A DNA stretch of 64,000 nt from Octopus bimaculoides. Taxonomy: Eukaryota. Shown piece by piece: positions 21,776 to 34,750 of the stretch. The notes below the pieces were generated by a model. It searched no databases, was not told the origin of the DNA, and worked only from the letters and a program-made list of their open reading frames with translations. The translations under genes and the position numbers were made by a program. Within the stretch, counting starts at the first letter, position 1; each line of letters starts with the position of its first letter. The DNA is taken from contig NC_068981.1 of assembly GCF_001194135.2 (NCBI RefSeq), positions 12,034,608 to 12,098,607 on the forward strand, read 5' to 3'.

Positions 21776-23885
21776 ATATACCCATACATATATTCATGCA
21801 GGTCTTTCAGTTAATATGTAGGTGAATTCTCTCTTCCTTATGCTGTTTCCTTTAAATCGCGGAAATAAAACCAGCAATTAAACCTAGAAATTGCAGAAAT
21901 TTCGTCTTGAATATTTCTAGTTACGAATTATTCAACATTATGAGATGAAAAAGCAAAAAAAGAAGAAAAAAAAATGTGATTTCAAAAATAATTTTGTGCA
22001 TTGAATTAGAATAATATTTTCCTATTTGACGTGTTTTACATGCTGCTGCCATGCAGTGTTACGACATTGAAGTGCTTAGAAAGATGTATTGCCAATCAAT
22101 TTCCAAGAAGTACGTATGTAATCAATTCCGGTTTGTCGAAAGGCTACACACACGCGCGCGCGCACACACACACATACAAACATTTATAGATGTGCGCGCT
22201 CGTATGTGTGCGTGTTTGAGAAAGATATATATATATATATATATATANNNNNNNNNNNNNNNNNNNNNNNNNNNNNNNNNNNNNNNNNNNNNNNNNNNNN
22301 NNNNNNNNNNNNNNNNNNNNNNNNNNNNNNNNNNNNNNNNNNNNNNNNNNNNNNNNNNNNNNNNNNNNNNNNNNNNNNNNNNNNNNNNNNNNNNNNNNNN
22401 NNNNNNNNNNNNNNNNNNNNNNNNNNNNNNNNNNNNNNNNNNNNNNNNNNNNNNNNNNNNNNNNNNNNNNNNNNNNNNNNNNNNNNNNNNNNNNNNNNNN
22501 NNNNNNNNNNNNNNNNNNNNNNNNNNNNNNNNNNNNNNNNNNNNNNNNNNNNNNNNNNNNNNNNNNNNNNNNGAGAGCGTGTGTACATACATACATACAT
22601 ACATACATAAGACAGTTTAGTGTGCACTTTACGATAATCAAATTCCACACAGATCTTGTGATAAAATTTCCCAATTTTAGCGGCTTGCTAAAATTTACGA
22701 GCAGTAAAATAGCAGCAAGGCCCATTTAACTACAAAGCTAATATCTCAATCTTCTATCCGCCAGTTCGATACATTAAATATGTAAATAAATTTTGGAATC
22801 ATCATATTTAACTATTTGATTCGAAACATTTCAAATATAGATTTCAATTAAATCTTGATCCATATAAGTTGATCAACACTTCTAATAATAATTACAATTT
22901 TTAAAACGAGGTCGATTGATTTTGCGATTTTGTCCATATTGAGTATTGGTTAATTGTTCAGAGTATGATAAATAGAGATATTCACACATGCTGTTTAGAC
23001 ATTGAACATTTATTTCGATTAAAAATAATGAGAGTCTGAATATCGATACTAAAGCTGATTATAATATTACACACAATAAGTTCATAATTCACACCTCCTT
23101 ATTCACGATAAGTTAATGTTGAGTTCATTCAAAATTTATAACTAAATAAACATATACCTTTCGCCCGATTGAACGGTGCACACATGACATCTGTATCGAA
23201 ATCGACAAAATACTAATAGACACAGTGTAATAGTAAAAGTATATGAATCCTCTAAAGTTGGAAGCATCCAAATGAGTCCCTAATTTTATTCATGGCAAAG
23301 TGCAACTGTGGAAAGATTTTGATGTTATTTCAAGCAGATACAATAACGCCATAGAATTCCTCTGCCTGTTTCGTATGAAGAAGGTAGCTTATATATCCAC
23401 CTCAGTTTCTGTAAGAGTTACAAAAACCGATCTTTCTCAATATAAAGGTGCTCTCGGTTGATGAGCATTTCTATCACACCTCGACCACCACGAGATACCT
23501 CTTTTACCTCATTTTATTTTAATTCATCAGAATCAAAGATGTCATAAATGTTTTCTAATCTTGTTTTGATATTTATATGTCCTTTAACCACAGGAGACAG
23601 GTTCGTAATGGTGATGCCTATTAAAGAAGAAATACGTTACCAGCATTGTCCACCTGTCACTATATACCAATAATCTTATCTTTTTTTCAATCATGGCCTG
23701 TCAAATTTGGTGAATTTTTTTAATATATTTTTATGGAGCTGGTCTCAGTTACAATTTTGCAATAGTGGCACATACTGAAGAAGTAGAGATTTATGGCATT
23801 TTATTTTCCTGTCTTTGCCTCTTGGTTTCTTTCTCTTGTTCTCGCTCTCTTTCTCTATACTCATAAGCATAAGCATACATATATT

Positions 23886-23935
<50 letters not shown>

Positions 23936-26425
23936 CATGTATATATATGTATTTACATGCATACACACATTTTTATAAACGAATGGGTGTATGTATGAGT
24001 GTATACTGCATATCATTTTCTTCATTATAAACAACAATACTCCATCCACCACATTGAAATTCTTTGCAAGTATTTTGCTTCTAATTCTATTAATATTTTA
24101 CTGTTTTATAAAATACTTACGCAGTAAAACATCTTTTTCTCCTCTGTTATGTCAAATGTTATATTTCTATTTTCTTATACGTAAATAAACTTCCATTTTA
24201 TCCTTCATATTCAACATTTTTTTCACGTATAAATCTTTGCTTTAAACTATTGAATTTTCTGCAAAACATGCATATTTTTGTTGGCGACATCACGCTTTTT
24301 GTAGGTTTTTCCTAACATGCTAACATTTAAAAGGTTAATTTAATTTATAACCGATAAAAATCATCACCATTTACTGCCTAGAAATTAAAATAGCCTCAAG
24401 CCCAAATTATGGTTGTTTCTCAAAACAAATCAAGAATATAATTCTCATTTATCTTCATTTAAATTTTCTCCCTAAAGCAATGAGTAAACACTCTGAGCCA
24501 CATTTACAATTACTCGTAATCGAAAATCTATACAGGCGTATTGATACACGCTCGTGTATGCATACGTATATACAGATATTACATATATAAATTCATGCAG
24601 AGACACACATATATATACATATATAACTACAGTACTTGAAATATATATGTGTGAGTGCGTCTGCTTGTATGAGTCACTGTACGCGTGTGTGTAATTGTGT
24701 ATGTGTAGGTGTATTTTTTATTCCACTATTGGTTCTAGTCGGTGGTCTTGGCTGTACTGAGACAACATCCTTGCATCTTCTACCTTTATTTACTCTTTGA
24801 TTTTCGTTTCTTACATGAGGTATTGGTTCTCCTATGATAGCAAGTATTAAAATATGCACATGCTTCACGATTACATTAAAATCCACTCCATAACAATACT
24901 TCAGAAACGTTGGCAAGATATTTAAAAGGGCAAAGCCTCTGATCATTAGCTTATTAGTAATCTCTGGTCATGGTGTGGAACACAACCTGTCGCTATATAT
25001 ATATATATATATATATATNNNNNNNNNNNNNNNNNNNNNNNNNNNNNNNNNNNNNNNNNNNNNNNNNNNNNNNNNNNNNNNNNNNNNNNNNNNNNNNNNN
25101 NNNNNNNNNNNNNNNNNNNNNNNNNNNNNNNNNNNNNNNNNNNNNNNNNNNNNNNNNNNNNNNNNNNNNNNNNNNNNNNNNNNNNNNNNNNNNNNNNNNN
25201 NNNNNNNNNNNNNNNNNNNNNNNNNNNNNNNNNNNNNNNNNNNNNNNNNNNNNNNNNNNNNNNNNNNNNNNNNNNNNNNNNNNNNNNNNNNNNNNNNNNN
25301 NNNNNNNNNNNNNNNNNNNNNNNNNNNNNNNNNNNNNNNNNTAACTATGCAGTATTCATCATTTTTTATTCTTATAGATGTTACTACCGTGGCTTAGTGT
25401 TCCTTGATTGCTCCCAATTTTTCGAGATTTCTCTGCTAGTAACCTATCTGTCGTACTAAGGCGATATTTATCGTGAATCATCGTTCGATTTCTTTTATAT
25501 CTGTTCTAAGGTTAATGTTTGCCAACCATGTTCAGAAACATTAGCCCAAGGTTATGAGAAAAAGCACAGTTTTCTGCTCTATTGCACTAAAACGTCTTAG
25601 AAAATATCACTAAAACATCGTTGCTCAATATTTATCCTCACGACCAGCACTGGTTCTGCTCTTGAAAGTTGCTAACTTTCTGGTCGTAGAGAATTCGGAC
25701 GTGGACAGTGAGGAGTTTCAAATAGTTCAGAGATCCAACAGTATTCTTACGACTTGCACATACGCGATACATGACAGCTGCATCAAAAGAGTGTCTCACG
25801 GCCTGAAGTTATATTCATTGTCTGACAATGTTCTCTGAAACATGTAAAGAAAAACATACAAAGTTGTCTCGAATATGGTATTTCATTTGATAACTTGCAG
25901 CAACAAAATCGTAACAAACATTGTCATCTTATCTTTAATATTCTATTTGCCACGGAGGAGACAAAAGCAAGGCAAAACACCGACATTCTGAGGAAAGCTC
26001 TGTGTTTTTGACATACAAATCTGATTCAGACAATATATTACAATCAGTGCCATTTTACAGGTAATATATTGAGACAATATATTACAGTCAGTGCAATTGG
26101 ACGTTTGTATAATATAAATGTTATATACACCGCTCTTTTAATCTAATGCATTCTCAAGTGCATATAGTTATATAATATTTATGATTTTATCAATTTCATT
26201 ATGAAACAATTAGTGAAATGGAATGACAACTATGCGGAATAAACAATGATTTATACATCTGATGAATATTTCAATACATTCGTATTGACAATTTTTCACC
26301 TTAGTATTGGAATTGATGTGACACGATAAACTAAACCAGATGAGCGAAAACTAAATACACCTAATAGTTGATTTCAATAATAATTATAGGTTTCGCAACT
26401 CTAAGTGTGATGGATATTTGTATTT

Positions 26426-26800
26426 TGTTGTTGGCACTCCGTCGCTTACGACGTCGAGGGCTCCAGTTGATCCGATCAACGGAACAGCCCACTCGTGAAA
26501 TTAACATGCAAGTGGCTGAGCACTCCACAGACACGTGTACCCTTAACGTAGTTCTCAGGGATATTCAGCGTGACACAGAGTGTGACAAGGCTGAACCTTT
26601 GAATTACAGGCACAACAGAAACAGGAAGCAACAGTGAGAGAAAGTTGTGGTGAAAGAGTACAGTAGGGTCCGCCACCATCCTCTGCCGGAGCCTCGAGGA
26701 GCTTTAGGTGTTTTCACTCAATAAACAGTCACAACGCCCGGTCTGGGAATCGAAACCGCGATCCTATGACCGCGAGTCCGCTGCCCTAACCACTGGGCCA
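26426..26800 (-). mobile_element. tRNA-derived SINE, second family (~375 bp, well preserved)
   Basis: The minus-strand head TGGCCCAGTGGTTAGGGCAGCGGACTCGCGG...GGTTTCGATTCCCAGACC has A and B boxes. The element has a (CAA)-rich tail and an 8-bp TSD TTGTATTT (26418-26425 and 26801-26808). Confidence 0.92.
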
Positions 26801-26925
26801 TTGTATTTACTAGTGTATTAATTAACATGGTCGTTCTGCATGCAATAGATAGCATGGAAAGCATTATTTTTAACTTGTAATTACTCCACACCTATTAGAT
26901 TTTGTGACATTTTGTATGACGTTCA

Positions 26926-26968
26926 TATATACTGATGAAGACAGGAGACGAAACATAATGTGATTAAT
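26926..26968 (+). ncRNA. Degenerate minimal hammerhead-ribozyme-like motif (orphan)
   Basis: CTGATGA-A-G(ACAGGAGA)C-GAAAC-ATAAT-GTG. It has the near-palindromic stem III ACAT-A-ATGT, but the triplet is GTG and stem I is poor, so it is probably inactive. Confidence 0.35.
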
Positions 26969-29930
26969 TTAGCAATGGCCTTGCAGCTGTATGGTGTTAT
27001 TTAGATCAAAGAATATCCGCTATCTTGTGCAAATATATTCTCTCATAGTCTTGCCTCCACCCATCTTATATGAATGAGAATTATAAACTGAATCCGCGTG
27101 GATACCACTTGAGTGAAAATGTATCCGTGTGTCACAAACAGAAACGTGGTGCATATTGTGCGACGCTGATTCTGCTTGAGACTTAGGATACATGTGTATG
27201 TGTGGTTATTGTGTGTGCGTGTGTGACGTGTATTTCCATGTGTATGTATAATCATTTGACACATGTACGATAGTTTCACCAGTAAGTACTCCATTTGATC
27301 GGGCAATTAGATGTAAGTCGTTCGTCCCGACAAAATATACATTAGCAAATTGTATCAACACCTACGCATTAAATTCGTACAAGGCAAATATATCTAACTC
27401 ATTTTTTAGCTGGCTGAGGCTCTGTAACAAAATTGCATGTCTATCTCTTGATCATACAGAATACAATCAGTTATATGCATATATATTCCAAAATAGGTAT
27501 CCTGAGCTAGACATACGAATATTTGTTGTTCCGGTAAATATCGGCTGGAAAATAATTAATGATCCATGAATTTGAGATTTGAAAAACGCTGTACTTCTTA
27601 TTCGCCAATAAACGACAGAATGAATTATTTGTTATTAGCCAATATCATATCGTTTCTTTCACAGACTTCTTGTATACACAAACACACACTTCTAATGCGA
27701 TCACATACCTTCAGATGAAATCACTGCTTTATATAAATAACTGTTTACAGTCTATAATATATAAGCTGAGACAATGCAAATTAAATATTATGTTTGTACA
27801 GTATACTTTTTTCATTGAATTTACCCACAAGGAATCATGCTTGAAAATGTTGCTTTTCTTCTTGACCTTCAGCCAGAATGGTTTATAGCAATATTTACCC
27901 ACCTTATCTCCCGGTGTAATATCTGCGGACTGGAAAATAAAAACTGGGATAAATACTGGCTCACTCACAAATTTTACTGCGATATTTAATTTTACTGTTT
28001 AGTGACTTCAGTTCGTTCTTTACAGTAATTAACTTTGCATCTAGAGTTTTGCGTGAAGAGTCTCCTTAGGATTTGGATATTGTTTTGGGATAAGATGTAA
28101 TTATTGAGATGTGAACAGATTTAACCCCTTACATTTTATTATCACCATTGCACATGCAAAACGATATCGAGAGCTCATGAAATTTTCTTCATGTTTTTTT
28201 TCGATTCATCTCGGCTACATACATTTAGTAAATTCCAGATATGCTTTAAGAGAGATAGAATTTGTGCATGTGAAGATAATAATAAGCACCATTGACAACT
28301 TTCAGCTTGGAAGTAGTTGGCATTTTCTGTAATTTTATTAACAATGGCCGGCTGCTCAAAGTTATTTACAAACGTAATTTTTCAAAATGTTCAAAAATGT
28401 TCCTAAAAGGTACACATTTGACAGTCGTCTCTGTAGAATCAGTTACATGTGGGAATATATGTATGAATACGTATTCATATATGAGTGCATTACGTGTCTA
28501 CGTATGTGTGTATGTATGTATTGTTCGTTTGAGGTATGTATCTGTAGATAGTTGTGTGTGTATTCGTGTGTTTGTTCATACCGTTATTTCACATTATTTT
28601 ATATAGAATTCAGTAAATAATAGTTTATTGTATTCTATCCTTGAGAATCTAAATTTCCAGTCAATGATTCCAACCGTTTTAAAGAATACTTATTGATGAT
28701 GTAGAAAAAGCAGATTCAGGTTGAAGTCCTAACCCTCAAAAAACAGAGATAACTACTTTCAGTGGCTCGTTTTGTAGCTATACCTGTGGATGGGACTTCG
28801 AAAATATGAATATACTTACCATATAATTATGGCGTGATATCTTCATATCTGCGAAATTTTGTGCATTAGATAAGTGAACATAAGGATCTCTAAATCCAAT
28901 AAGAATTTCATCTAGATAAATGATTTTTATAACTGATAACACAATCAAACATAGCATATGTACGTAAATTAATACATACTCTATAAATAGTGGATGCATA
29001 ATATGATGCTACGCAAGCGTGATGCACGACTGTTGTTTTTTATTCCTCTTCTTTTCCAACATTCTTAATCAAAGATTAATAATTTGCAATTCAAAATCTT
29101 GTCTAAAGATTATTCAATAAACTACACATGGAGAGAGATTTTTTTTCTGATTACATGATGGTTTTATTAAGGCTATTCCAGGTATGGATTACGATATGAA
29201 ACGCAGATATTACTATATTCTGAGAAGTGACCAGAAATCACATTGTATTTTAACATAGTTACATAAAGACATCCAAATGCATGATGGTGTAATAATTTAA
29301 ATTAACTTCAAACAATTTTTGTAGTATTGATCTCATGTTGGATTTTAGTTGAGCTCTGAAGCCATTTGATACCAGTCTTTGTGTAATCACCCGTTCGATA
29401 TTTCCATTAAAAGACTATTGATTTTGTTTGCAATATTACTAAATACATGCTCGAACAAATACGCTATGTAAAAAATAATCTAAACATAAAATGTAACTAA
29501 AATTGTGTCTCCAATATTATGGAATTAATTAGAAGCGGGTCTAAAATCTGTTTACTTGCTGAGGGTATATTGTGACGAAAAATAAATGTAATTATTATTA
29601 AATAGAATTTGCTTCAGTTATGATGGGATAAAACCATAATACTTGAGTAGGGGGTGGATCATCTTCAGATGTCATTTAGCATAATCAATGACAGATTACA
29701 AAAAACACTTCATCATTGTTAAATAATAAATTAAACAGCAAACCTATTGTATTTGATTCTTGCAGAGGAGTGTGGCTTTTGAAATGAAGAGACTCAAGTT
29801 CCAGCTAAACTGACAATTCCTAATGTTTCCAACAGTATGCCAGTCTACGAATCAATAACTGGGAAACGCTGTACAAAGTCCCATTAAGGTTTTAAAAAGG
29901 CAACATTCAATGTCATGCTTAACAATAACT

Positions 29931-30028
29931 TACCTACCTACCTACCTACCTACCTACATACATACATACCTACATATATATATACCTATCTATCTATCTA
30001 CCTATCTATCTATCTATCTATCTCTCTC

Positions 30029-30073
<45 letters not shown>
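29931..30073. repeat. (CTAC)n/(CTAT)n tetranucleotide microsatellite
   Basis: Directly visible. Confidence 0.95.
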
Positions 30074-30074
<1 letters not shown>

Positions 30075-30290
30075 AGTCTGCCTGTCTGGTGTCTAATTTT
30101 CTATCATATATACACACACATATAAATATATATACATGCTGATGAAGACTTATACTCGAGGCTGTAACAGCTTAACAATTTTTCCACTTTTCTTCAGCAG
30201 TAAACTAATAGATTCCACATGTACGTCCACTTATTGTTTTGTTAGTGCTATTTTTAATGTTCAGTTCTTTGTTCAAGTTTCAATATTCGA

Positions 30291-30327
<37 letters not shown>

Positions 30328-30423
30328 ATATAATATAATATAATGAGTCTTGAATGGCACGACAATGCACTATTATAACAATAATGGACTATAATAACTG
30401 TTATGATTTAATTATCCATAGTC

Positions 30424-30473
30424 TGATATGATTATAATATTTCAGAATGCAAATATTCGTTCTTCAGATATCG
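30424..30473 (-). ncRNA. Hammerhead-ribozyme-like motif in the 3' pLTR (degenerate)
   Basis: GATAT-CTGAAGA-AC-GAAT(ATTTGC)ATTC-T-GAAA-TATTATAATC-ATATC. Core, stem II and a GATAT/ATATC stem I are visible; the stem III register is ambiguous. Confidence 0.55.
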
Positions 30474-30746
30474 CTAGGAATTGTTAGAATCACTGCTACA
30501 ATCGGTTTTTCATCGGTTACTGAATTTTTTTTGCCGGAAGCGTCTCTGCAGTGGTCTCTTGATGCTCCTTCCGGAATTTATCGTGAGAAGTGCGCCAGAG
30601 GCCATGACTCAAACTCGTATGTGTTGGTACATCCGCAGCTCTGCGTCTAAGTTATGTATCATACGTGCAGTTTCTTTTTTCCCCTCTTTTTTTTAAAAAA
30701 TAATACATGGGTATATTATCAAAAACCTACGCGCAGCCAGATGTAG

Positions 30747-31040
30747 CTAAATAATATATTCATTGCCAACTTCCAGTTTGCTGTTAATTTGGGGCCCTAG
30801 TCTGTCTATAAGGATAGCTTCCTTAATTCTTAGATTACCCAAATTTCTTCCATTGACCTCGATTGTGACTGTTATGCTTTTGTCGTTGTTCCGGCATCTG
30901 TCTAGCTGTTTTCTGAAGGAAGAGGCTTTCGTGTTCAGATGTTCTTTGATGCGAATGTGTAACGGTCATGTTGTGCTACCCACATACAATTTGTTCTAGT
31001 TGTTACATTGTATTCTGTATTCTATACACAAAATTTACCC
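30747..31040 (-). pseudogene. GIY-YIG endonuclease domain (PLE C-terminus), with stops
   Basis: The VY.I.C...YVGST...R..EH...EA..I....P.IN pattern is present. Confidence 0.88.
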
Positions 31041-31320
31041 GTTAGCATACATCTGTGTCACGGATGGGGCAGTTAGCTAGTATGCATTGATTGCTGTCCC
31101 TTGATCGTTTCGTTGAACGTATAATACCTGACTTAGAAGCAGCGCAGCGAACATGTCCACACACACACGAGTTTGAGACATGGCCGCTCGCGCACTTCTC
31201 ATGACGAATTCCGGGAGGAGATTCATGAAACAACTGCAGAGAAACGCCCCCCCCCCAAAAAAAAAAACATTCAGTAACCATTGGAAAACCTATTGTAGCA
31301 GAGATTCGAACAATTCCTAG

Positions 31321-31369
31321 CGAATCTGAAGAAGGAAATTTTGTATTCCGAAATATTATAATTATATCA
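31321..31369 (+). ncRNA. Hammerhead-ribozyme-like motif in the inverted pLTR (degenerate)
   Basis: CTGAAGA(31326-31332)-A-GGAA(ATTTTGTA)TTCC-GAAA(31350-31353)-TATTATAATT. Confidence 0.55.
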
Positions 31370-31877
31370 GATTATAGATAATTAAATTTTAACAACTATT
31401 ATAGTGCATTGTTGTTATAGTGCATTGTTGTTATAGTGCATTGTTGAGCCATTTAAGATACATTATATTTTACAAATCATACACAATGCTTCAAGCGAAC
31501 TACAATACATATATACATATACACTAGAAGAAAGAAAATACACTCAATTTATAAATGCTTAATATATTTAATATATTTTCAACAATAGATTATTGAAATA
31601 GTCGACCAGTTGCGCGTTTCGTTAAAATTGACATTGAAGTTGGTGAAAATATTGCATTTTCGTATTTTTCATAAGAATCTTTTAGTCTATGTTGCTTGTA
31701 TGAGAGTTTGTTTGTAAATGAATCGGCACGTAGAAAAAAAATCTAAGGGTAGTTAATTGGTTGTTGCTATTATTCGAGACAGGGGAAGTAATTGCACTCT
31801 GGGATAGTAAATTTATATACACTCGTGTTAAAGTAGTGAGATCAAGTATGCATACGGATGCATTCATGAAAAACGGG

Positions 31878-32080
31878 TTATGGGTTCGTGTTCAGGCGTG
31901 GGTTGTATTTTTCAATAAATGTATTTTCTTTATTTAATGGCTCTTGTATAGATTGGGAAACCGTGAAGTTTGGTTGAAGACTCACTGCACACCGCTCTAT
32001 GAGTTTACTCAATAGAATCTGTCTATATCTGGGGAAACGTATCTGTTCCTTATGCATTATAGGTCTGTGTCTAATTATAC
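31878..32080 (-). mobile_element. Probable second PLE GIY-YIG C-terminal remnant
   Basis: ORF 31878..32096 ends ...EPLNKENTFIEKYNPRLN, resembling the terminal E..FI..Y.P.LN motif of PLE GIY-YIG domains. Confidence 0.5.
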
Positions 32081-32641
32081 ACACACGCACACTCACTCAC
32101 ACACACACACATACATATTTATATATTTGGCCAATTCTTGATAGAAAGGTCCGTTGGGACGCCATTCTTGCGTGTCAAAGGAAACTAAAAGACAATCTGA
32201 AGCGATGCATCATTCCCTTCCGAACTCAGGGAAAACAAAGCATCGGAACCTGGCACCAGTCCTGTTTCTACTCAGGTCAATGATTTGAGCATAGTCGAAT
32301 CCAACATCGGTGCAGCCATGAAGGTACGCTTGCAAAGCACAGTCCCTCTAAATGGAAACCTTGTCATTCATTTTGGTTTTGTGACACAAAGCAAAGCAGG
32401 CTTTGCTGTCCACTCAAGTAAACACATAATAAATGCTCCACAAGCTCTCGAGCAAACTGAGTCTTCGAGATGTCCCATATCTGCCAAAAGATTTGCCTCT
32501 AGAAAACATTCATGCCTATAGAATATGGTTACTACTTTATTTTATTGAACCTCCATTTATCGTTCACGACGAGAATCCATATACTACTACTACTACTACT
32601 AGTACCACCGCCGCCACCACCACTACCATTACTACTAACAC

Positions 32642-32895
32642 GAACATCGCAAAGCTGTGACATGAGGAGATATTGATAAATCGGCTATAGCTGATCATGT
32701 ATGGAAAAATCGAGACCACCTTCCCCTGTGAGATAAAGTTAAAATAATACACAAAAGCACCACTGGAAAATGCGAAAACTAAGATAAGCAGCACATATAC
32801 TCGGACACAACAACCTTCTTAGCAGACCGAGTGCAGATATGAGCAGCATATGGGAACCAGTATTAAGGAAGGATAGGAAAATATTAGATTTATAA
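32642..32895 (+). mobile_element. Third PLE GIY-YIG C-terminal remnant
   Basis: EHRKAVT*GDIDKSAIADHVWKNRDHLPL*DKVKII...HHWKMRKLR*AAHILGHNNLLSRPSADMSSIWEPVL. This matches the EH...SA.A.H.W...W..RK..EA..I...N...W pattern. Confidence 0.8.
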
Positions 32896-32978
32896 GCCCT
32901 AAAATTCACTCCATAATCGTCCACGAGCATATGGCGTGCTGCTAACCCCAAGAGTCCGAGTTCGCTTCCAGGAAGGGA

Positions 32979-32982
<4 letters not shown>

Positions 32983-33074
<92 letters not shown>
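32983..33074. repeat. (TAA)n microsatellite
   Basis: Directly visible. Confidence 0.97.
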
Positions 33075-33076
<2 letters not shown>

Positions 33077-33169
33077 TAGAAAGAGACTTAAAAAAAACAG
33101 GTTCGAAATTTCCCCAAGATGAAGGCTGGACAGAATAATGGAAAATACCTTAAATTTCAAACAAATTTA

Positions 33170-33525
33170 TTTCAACATGGGTGTGGCTGCCTTTGGCAGT
33201 AATTACAGCTTGAATTCTATGAGGTATGAACTCGTTTGAATGGAGGAGGATATCGACTCCTTACTTGTTTTTCCAAAATCCACCATAAATGTTCAATAAT
33301 ATTGAGTTCTGGGAACTGTGGTGGCCAGATAAGATGTTCAACTCCACTAGAATGCTCCTTTTGCCATTCAGTAAAAATTTAACTGTGTAAAGTAGTGCAT
33401 TATCATCCTGAAACACTACGTTTCCCTCTGGAAACAGTTCCGCGACGATAGGATGAATTTGATCAGATTAAATGTTTAAATAAATATGTGCAGCTCCCCG
33501 TGAACAGTTTCTTTGGAAACTGGGT
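33170..33525 (-). mobile_element. Tc1-family transposase C-terminal (DDE) remnant
   Basis: HPIVAELFPEGNVVFQDDNA...WPPQFPELNIIEHLWWILEKQVR...IPHRIQAVITAKGSHT. These are the FQ.DNAP / WP..SPDLN.IE.LW / AVI.AKG motifs. Confidence 0.9.
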
Positions 33526-34538
33526 NNNNNNNNNNNNNNNNNNNNNNNNNNNNNNNNNNNNNNNNNNNNNNNNNNNNNNNNNNNNNNNNNNNNNNNNNNN
33601 NNNNNNNNNNNNNNNNNNNNNNNNNNNNNNNNNNNNNNNNNNNNNNNNNNNNNNNNNNNNNNNNNNNNNNNNNNNNNNNNNNNNNNNNNNNNNNNNNNNN
33701 NNNNNNNNNNNNNNNNNNNNNNNNNNNNNNNNNNNNNNNNNNNNNNNNNNNGATGCTATCTGAAAAGAAACAAACAACAATATTAGTAAAACATATTAAG
33801 CGACACTAACAATAAATCACAAAAGCATAAACATAAAAAAAAAGCTTTTGACGGTTTTATAGATATTTGAAAATTATGATGCTATGATGCTAGGTGTTTC
33901 CATTATTTTGTTCAACCCCTGTTTATGGATGCATATATTTACACACATACATACACACGCACAATCACACACACACAGACGCACACACACACAGACGCAC
34001 ACACATACAACGGTCTCCACAACAAACAATTTAATCCATGCATATATATATATACACGAGACGGCTGTAAATGTTTAAAAAAGTATTCTCGAGAAAGGCA
34101 GTTGAACATGAGATTCGCGTCTGATATTCTTTGAAAGAAAAATATTTTGAGACTGAATATCAAAATAAAAATCAGGAAAAATAATGGTTTCTTTAATAAA
34201 AACATAATATACTGTACAGAAACAACATTCAGATCTTGTTTTCAAAAAACTAGTCTTATTTCTGAAAATGTTAACTGTGTCTCTTTTTTAAGTAGCCTCT
34301 TCATTCGACAATCGGTCTAACAAACTGATTACTTCACAACATCTAGTATTGCTGCACTGTTTTTAATTTGACTTCACATTATTTATTACTTATCTTTTGT
34401 TCATGATTCAGGTCAGTAAGAATACGACGTTGAAAATCACTTTTCTTTTTTGTTACACTCATCAATGTGTCTACTTCAGAAGCATTTACATCATTTCTCA
34501 TGTGAAAAAACTGATTTCGATATTACATTGCAATGTAA

Positions 34539-34750
34539 AGCGGTGAGCTGACAGAATCTTTACCGCACCGTGCAAAATGCTTAGCAAAATTCCATTCATC
34601 TTTACATTAAGAGTTCAAATTCAACCAAGGTTAGTTTTGCCTTCAATCCTTTCAGCGTCGATAAATTAAGTAGCATTTGAGCACTCGGGTCAACGAGATA
34701 GACGTAACCCCTACAACATAATTTCTGGTTTTGTGTCAAATGTTGCAACT
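34539..34750 (+). mobile_element. tRNA-derived SINE (degenerate)
   Basis: GCGGTGAGCTGACAGAATC...AAATGCTTAGC...GAGTTCAAATTC...GTCGATAAATTAAGTA. Confidence 0.82.

Larger units (their letters stand above)
30337..31469 (-). mobile_element. 5'-truncated Penelope-like element: GIY-YIG remnant between inverted pseudo-LTRs
   Basis: Arms 30337-30669 and 31113-31469 are reverse complements. The core 30747-31040 (-) translates to VYRIQ-CNN*NKLYVGSTT*PLHIRIKEHLNTK...LRIKEAILIDRLGPQIN. Confidence 0.88.

Noticed and set aside
25614-25838. 74-codon open + frame (NIVAQYLSSRPALV...SDNVL*)
   Set aside because: It has no recognisable motif, ATG or convincing splice sites.
26740-26800. tRNA-like A/B-box sequence that could be called a tRNA gene
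   Set aside because: It continues into a ~310-bp body with a tail and TSD, so it is a SINE head. No complete cloverleaf or oligo-T terminator is present.
30138-30170. CTGATGAAGAC-TTATA-CTCGAGG
   Set aside because: It needs several substitutions (GAAA absent) and has no stem I.
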